Shown: piece after piece, positions 57,107 to 64,000 of the stretch
How the letters are laid out: every line of letters begins with the position of its first letter
Numbering within the stretch: the first letter of the stretch is position 1
Assembly: GCA_951406725.2 (NCBI GenBank)
Contig: OX597828.1
Coordinates: forward strand, 64,790,001-64,854,000
Source of the DNA: Octopus vulgaris
Taxonomy: Eukaryota
Length of the DNA stretch: 64,000 nt
Direction: 5' to 3'
The notes under the pieces: model-generated
Seen by the model: the letters and a program-made list of their open reading frames with translations, nothing else
Database searches by the model: none
What the model was told of the DNA's origin: nothing
Program-made: the position numbers and the translations under genes

Positions 57107-57227
57107 GCATTTGAGAAAGATGTTTTCGAGATTAACTATTTTTGATTTCGTTAAGTGCCTAATTGGTGAATTGGCCATTAAATTATGTCGGTAGAAAGTT
57201 ATTATTATTATAGTTGTTGTTGTTATG

Positions 57228-57440
57228 GTGTCCTTTCGACTTTATGTCCGTTCGGCATTGTGTCCGTCCTGTTTTATATCGGTTCGGTATTGTGTCTGGT
57301 CAGCATTTTGTCCGTTCGGTTTTATGTCCGTTCGACATGTTGTGTTCCTCCGGTATTGTGTCCATTCGGCTTCATGTCCGTTCGGCTTCTTGGCTTCGGC
57401 TCGTTGTCCTTCGGCAAAAGTGCATTCGGCATCCTGTCCG
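57228..57440 (+). repeat. ~15-bp tandem repeat, consensus TGTCCGTTCGGNNTT
   Basis: About 14 degenerate units. Confidence 0.85.
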
Positions 57441-58664
57441 CGCAGAAATTTTCACAATGATGTGAGCGCCAGACAATGGCTTCACGTCTCTCATAATTCG
57501 AGCCACTTCAGCTATAACGTCTAGGACACTTTATATTAAGGTCATGTTGAAATTTGCCGACATGTCCATGACAGTCAACGTTAATGGGAACTTGCTGATT
57601 CTAGCATGCATCCACTTATCTCGTGGTCATTGATTTTGAGGGTGCTTTTATTGCATAACTTGTTATTGAAATTATATCTAATTTCATAAATCTGAAAGGA
57701 TTTTTTTTTTTTTGCTTATTAAATTTCTTTGTCGTTATATTTGTTCTGACGTACCTTGCGTGCTTTGCTTATTCACATACGATAGACTTCCACATGTTTT
57801 TTTCTTCTATAAATCTCTCCTCACATATCATTGGCTCACCCGTGTATATGATAAAATATAAAACTTACCCCTGGTGACTTACCGGAAGAATGGAGATCTA
57901 GATGAAAGTTCTTTTTCACATTAGTACATGATTTTGTATATTAATAAACTATTTGATTTGTAATTTTTGTGAAATAACTTTACACTTTTCAATTTATGTA
58001 AAATACACTGAACATTTTGTATATTTAAGCATTGTAGTCTTTCTAAAGTCTCTCAATCCGCATAAAGTTATAATCAGTTGCATGCTAGTTTCAGATCTCG
58101 CAGGAGTCGGGAAATGTAGTATCAGTAAATATTGAAATCAATACGAACTACTAGAACTGTGAAGTTCTGTTTCAAGATTAAGCCCTTTATAACGAAGGTG
58201 GAAAACTTTCAATGATAATCAGAGCCAATTATTTTATAACCTAATAAATTTATACTTATTCCTTATGTAACGCATTATGCTTGCAAATAATATCCGGTCT
58301 TTCTTATATTTATTGTATTCTGTTTCGAATAAAGCAATTATCAAAGAAGTGTAGTCTTTCAATTTTCAGCGTTATTTTAGTTAATTCGTTTAATCATTTT
58401 TGAACTCTAACTCGAGATGCTATCGCTGATAAAAATCACTGCAAATATACAGACACAAGCTTAGGTTCTTCATAGCTCACCACTTGATCTTGGCTTATGT
58501 TCCCAAACAGTTATACCCCCCACCATTGCAATATTAATATCTTCACATCACTTTCAATTTGTGCTATTCCGAACGATAATGAAATCTGAAATAGTTTTGG
58601 TATATCTTAAAGTGAGTTATCCCGAGAAGATAATAAACACACATAAACACACACACATAAATAC

Positions 58665-58743
<79 letters not shown>

Positions 58744-59573
58744 CATATATACATATACATACATACACAAACATATGTGTGTGTGCCTGTAATACTTGCC
58801 TTGTTAATGTGTCATTATATTCAATCTTCAAAAACTTCACGATTGTTGCTAAAGGTATCATTTTTTATTAATATTCTATGTGTTAATTTATCAGATTTAA
58901 TTGTCAAATATGTGCCACGTTTACCGTTATGTTGCAAACGCTATAATGAAGTCTTTCAATCTTCACGTAGTTAATATAAATATATATCAATGTATATACG
59001 CGTATATACAAACATTCAACTATCTCTGTGTGTGCGTGTTCGAACGTGTGTGTTTGTGTCTGTGTATTTGTGTGCATATAGACATACATACATCTGAGTA
59101 TATATGTAAAGGGATATGTATGTATATCCATTGATATTTAATGACATAGGAATATGTTCAGCATTTCTGTGTCGCCCATATTCTTGAGTTGATTAATGCA
59201 TATTATAATTCTATTTATTCCAGAGGCTTTTCAAAACTTCAGAACACACATTTAACCCGGTGAATGATTTTGAGCAAAGCAAAATCAAATACTGTATGAA
59301 GATATGATTATTGCTTCTTATCAATCGTATCAGATGAGAAATGCAAATTTTATGCAACAGAACTTAACTCAATTAATCGCTCCTGATGTATCCTTTGAAT
59401 CGCCAGCAGCAAGTGACAAATTAGGAATCTAAACACATATTTCTACCAATGTTATTAATCATATAGTTATATATGCACGGAAAGATGAATGTGTATATGT
59501 GTGCGTAGGCATACATACAATAGATGTATGAAGAATTTAAATACCCATATATGTGTGTGTATGTGTGAATTTC

Positions 59574-59604
<31 letters not shown>

Positions 59605-59669
59605 ATATGCGTGTATGAAAATATTTATATATATATGCATATACATACATACATACATACATACATACA

Positions 59670-59721
<52 letters not shown>

Positions 59722-59869
59722 CGTATCTAGACTAGAAGTCTCACAAATGTAGTACATATGTGCGTGTGTATATGTATCTTTGTATGTATGTATGTATGTA
59801 TGTATGTATGTATGTATGTATGTATGTATGTATGTATGTATATATACACACACACAACACGCGCACACA

Positions 59870-59920
<51 letters not shown>

Positions 59921-60489
59921 ACATACGGCTGTGTGTGTGTGAGTGTGTGTTTGCGTGTGTATGTGTGTGTGTATCTATGTTTGTTTATAAAGTGAATGTA
60001 TTCTTACATTTATAAATACAACAATCTATGCGAAAACACATGGGCAGATTAAAAGAACTTGGATATTTGTTGCTTAACAAAGCTTAGATTCAGTTTCGTA
60101 ATAAGATTAGATTAAATAAACATATTGAAGGACACGTTTATCAAAGCTACATAGTTTGACCCAAAGCTTCATTATATTATAAATAAAATTAGCGAAACAG
60201 TTACTTTTTCGCGTGAATTCTGTGGGAGAAACGTGAAGTGGTAATGCATTGTTCAAGAGTTGTTTCTCAAATGGGAACTATATAAGCTGAAATGCTAGCA
60301 GAACTGACAAGAAACGATGAGAAGAGCAGGGAGAAAGGGAAAGAAATTGCACTTGTCACTACAGTGTTATCACAAAATTTCCCTAAAGTGTGGACATAGT
60401 ATCAGGAGATATAGGAAAGTCGGACTCAATTTGAGCCAGCGTTACTGAAGTCGTACTTGTGGTCATTAACGTGACAGAGAAAGTGGGGG

Positions 60490-60950
60490 AGAGAGAAAGA
60501 AAGAGTAAGAGATAGAGGAAGAGAAAAAGAGACATAACAAGAGAAAGAGTAAGAGAGAAAGAGAAAGAGCAAGAGAAAGAGAGAGAGAGAGAAGAAGAGA
60601 CATAATAAGAGAAAGGGTAAGAGAAAGAGAGAGAGAAAGAGACAGAATAAGTGAAAGAGTAAAAGAAACAGAGAGAAAAAGAGACAGACTAAGTGAATGA
60701 GTAAGAGAAAGAGAGAGAGAAAGAGACAGAATAAGTGAAAGAGTAAGAGAAAGAGAGAGGGAGAAAAAGAGACAGAATAAGTGAAAGAGTAAGAGAAAGA
60801 GAGAGAGAGAAAAAGAGACAGAATAAGTGAAAGAGTAAGAGAAAGAGAGAGGGAGAGAGAAAGAGACAGAATAAGTGAAAGAGTAAGAGAAAGAGAGAGG
60901 GAGAAAAAGCGACAGAATAAGTGAAAGAGTAAGAGGAAGAGAGACAGAGA
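60490..60950 (+). repeat. Purine-rich ~40-46-bp minisatellite
   Basis: Repeated AAGAGACAGAATAAGTGAAAGAGTAAGAGAAAGAGAGA units. Confidence 0.9.
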
Positions 60951-61097
60951 TAGTTTGAGGAGTTATAGAACATACTTGTTAAAGGATGTATCCACCACCT
61001 TTGAGTGGAAGGGATAAAATATTCTTTCTGTGAAGCTGTTACTTGCTTCTTTTCTTGGGCTGCTTCTGGATGTGGTTTGTGTCTATACTATCAACTA

Positions 61098-61516
61098 CCG
61101 TAAATACTCAAACATAAAACGCCCTCGCCTATAAGACGAACCCCGTCTTACAAGGTTCAAATCGGGAATTTTATTGTTGACCCGACTATAAGTCGCAGCG
61201 ACTTTTTTGATGTTGGAAAGCAAAGTTCGAGTAGAAATTGCTCCGATATAGTTGTTGTTCAGTAACCGAGCTTTTAGTAAGCTGAAGTTGACTTTCAACA
61301 ACCGTTATCCCATTAAGTCCATTAAGCCCATTGTTTATAATGTAAAATTCTATCTTTTTCGATTATTCCAAGAATCGAAACTTCAGACGTGGCTTGCACC
61401 TAGAAAATATCTGAAGTTTTTTTTTTTATAAAATGTGTTTATATGTCGCACCCGCAACTTTAGGCGAAAATTTCAGGGGGAAAAAAAAAGTGCTATTTAT
61501 AGCCGAGTATATACGG
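61098..61516. mobile_element. Non-autonomous pogo-like (CCGTA-terminus) DNA transposon/MITE
   Basis: TA-CCGTAAATACTC ... GAGTATATACGG-TA terminal inverted repeats with TA TSD; internal TATAAGACG/TATAAGTCGCA repeats. Confidence 0.75.
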
Positions 61517-62593
61517 TACATTATTTATTTGGGGAAACCAGATCTCATTACAACCAGCATACTTTTCCCCCACTATTTCTGAGCAGCCAGGATACTGGTG
61601 AACCTTAGTTGTCTTCCCCACACGTAGATGATCTCATATTTCTCTTTTCCTAAATGTCAATTCAGCCATAGTTAGGAAAATATGAAATGAAGGTGGCTGA
61701 ACATTTTCAAATGTTGAAAGAGATGCTATATCTCCATCATATACTGAATGCTTCACCACCCTCATATCATTCCCCATATATTATAGTGAGTAAATATAGG
61801 ACACGCCATATTTGAATATTTAGCATTGAGAGAGAACTTACAGAAGGAGTATACATTTGTATATGCATGAAACTACAAAACAACATATTTCTATTTCCTT
61901 TCAATATTCAGCAGCAATATTTTTAAGACTCCGTTAGTTTATGCTGTGCTGTTTGTATATGTTTGTAATCCGTGTGACTTTCGTTTTACTATATATTTCT
62001 GTACGCAAATCTTTCTAAAGCATCGTATTATTTCCCTTCTTTTGTTATTGTTATTAATATTCTTATAATGCATATTGAGGCCTTAATCCTTTTACTTTGG
62101 CCATATTTTGAATAACGTTTATAGAAACAGTTATCCATTTCGAGCCTACAAAATCTATTTAACCCTTCACTAACGTCCCCAAAGCCCAAAGAGTTTGACA
62201 ATTCTGATATATGTCCTCATCTTACTTAACTACTCCCGTTAGAATCCTCCGAGACGTCTGCCCTGTATCATCTTATAAATAAAATGTTTGATGACTTTTT
62301 CCCTGCTGCCTTCAGCGTCTTTTATCGAGCAGCTGTATGTATTGTCCACAATATTAAAGGGAAGTAATATATCAAACATCATTTCATCCTAAAGATGAGA
62401 ATATGTAACATTCATGATGAAATTCACAATTTAATAAATCCCGGCAAAATTCAAAGGACTTCTACGATATATTAAAACTAAAATATGAAAAATAACGCTT
62501 AGTAAAATGGATTAAAACATAACTCTGTTGTGCATTCAATACAGCATACTTAAAAGATAGTTTCTATATAAACATAAAGATCAAACACGCACA

Positions 62594-62760
62594 TACAGGG
62601 ATTTTCGGGCTAAATTTTATAGTTTTCATAAAAGGAAAAGATGACTTAATATCCGAAACAAAAATAGAAGTATTTTAAGAAAATCCAAAATATCAACTAG
62701 ATTAGAACTGAAAGATAACATTTAACTCAAAATATCCACTTTGAGCTTCCACAGATTCAG
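62594..62760 (-). mobile_element. Mariner-like 3' end fragment
   Basis: VEAQSGYFE-like C-terminus followed by a TACAGGG terminus. Confidence 0.4.
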
Positions 62761-62859
62761 AACACGCACACATATGTGAGTATATATATATATATATATA
62801 TATATATTTCTGTGTGTGTGTGTGTGTGAGTGTGTGAGTGTGTATAGACACATATATGT

Positions 62860-63035
62860 CCTTTATCTTTTACGTGCGTCCGTCATTTGACGTCGGCCAT
62901 GACATGTTTTAGAAGAAATCGACACTGGGAGATTTTCTTAGCACAGTACTTATTCTGTCAGTCTCTTTTGACGAACAGCTAAGTTACGGGGGCATAATAA
63001 CACTAACACCGGTTATCAATTCCGGTAGGAGACAA
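62860..63035 (-). mobile_element. SINE family A, diverged 3' part
   Basis: Diverged match to the family A tail. Confidence 0.65.
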
Positions 63036-63074
63036 ACATACACACATAGATATATTTATATACATATATATATA

Positions 63075-63153
<79 letters not shown>

Positions 63154-63317
63154 AATTAGAAAAAAGCACATTTTATCAATTCAAAATGTACAATTAAATT
63201 ACACCATCTAGAAAATTACATATAATACCAATATTAAAATTAAAATAACAATAAAATGTCAATGATTAAGTAAATTGCAAACAAAAATAATAATAAAAAC
63301 GTATATAATTTGTAGAA

Positions 63318-63406
63318 TAACGGCACGTGTTTCGTGGCTATATTTAAAAAATGATTATAGTAGTAGAGAAATCACTTCGACATAAATATAATCACTCATC
63401 AGGTTA
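63318..63406 (-). ncRNA. Type I hammerhead ribozyme-like motif with long stem II and mutated cleavage triplet
   Basis: Minus strand reads TAAC-CTGATGA-GTGATTATATTTA...TAAATATAGCCAC-GAAAC-ACGT-GCC-GTTA. It lies between (TA)n arrays. Confidence 0.7.
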
Positions 63407-63448
63407 AAAATAAACTAGAACAATAACATAATTAATTAATAAATGTAC

Positions 63449-63492
<44 letters not shown>

Positions 63493-63639
63493 AAACTAAA
63501 TATACGTAAGTGAAAACTAAAACAATATTTATATTATTAAATACTTTAAAATTAAATAAAATACACAAAGCTAACACGTGGGTTAGTATAATTGGTTGGT
63601 CCCCTCCCACTAAATTTCAGGTCTTGTGTCTTTGGTAAA

Positions 63640-64000
63640 AAGGATTATAAACAGGGGGATTAGGAGACCAGAAATTGAGTCTGATGAAGGCGTAGAAATT
63701 CTCTGCCAATTACCTCTTCTTTTCGGAGGTATGGCTAGGAGTCGAATTTACTGCCATACATTTAACCTTTCACTAGCAAGCGTCTCCAACCAAACATCAA
63801 CTGCAGTTTCCAGCAGCTTAACATAACAGACTGAATTACGCGTAAGGCCATGTGGAACAAGACACCCGAAGACCATCACAGTGTAAGTGAACTTTTTTTT
63901 TATGATGTCATGTCTTACAACTGTTACAGGTCACGAATTACAGCTGTTACGGTGTCCGCGGAGCATTGAACAGCAGTCATAAAGGCGCGAATCATTTAAC
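63640..64000 (-). mobile_element. Degenerate Tc1/mariner-superfamily (DD37D/maT-like) transposase relic
   Basis: VMVFGCL, WQ*..TPSHT and FWSPNPPVYNP resemble WQQDSAPxHT and FWPPNSPDLNP. Confidence 0.65.

Noticed and set aside
56822-57194. Homopolymeric amino-acid ORFs
   Set aside because: Trinucleotide repeat artefacts.
57228-57440. CRISPR-like periodicity
   Set aside because: Tandem 15-mers without unique spacers, no cas genes and a eukaryotic context.
63681-63715. CTGATGAAGGC hammerhead-like start
   Set aside because: No following GAAA or stem III; it lies antisense within a transposase relic.

Overview
This is AT-rich, repeat-saturated eukaryotic non-coding DNA. The SINE families and microsatellite load resemble an Octopus (coleoid cephalopod) genome; this is from recall and not database-checked. 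I could not support any host-gene exon, and most ORFs in the track are microsatellite or antisense artefacts. The window holds one fairly young, 5'-truncated Penelope-like retroelement (RT + GIY-YIG, 5992-8575), older Penelope relics, four RTE-type LINE relics, mariner/Tc1/DD37D/pogo relics, a Helentron-like non-autonomous element, one or two LTR-like units, three or four tRNA-derived SINE families (several with clear TSDs) and many (TA)n/(CA)n arrays. The most notable signal is a set of sequence-diverse type I hammerhead ribozyme motifs with palindromic stem III. They sit in short, mostly non-coding Penelope-pLTR-like modules abutting (TA)n arrays, and include an apparently complete long-stem-II ribozyme at 11852-11944 paired with a 106-bp inverted repeat. 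Also notable are a pLTR junction 3 nt from a predicted ribozyme cleavage site, two RTE insertions with twin-priming-type 5' inversions and a near-identical 582-bp direct duplication.
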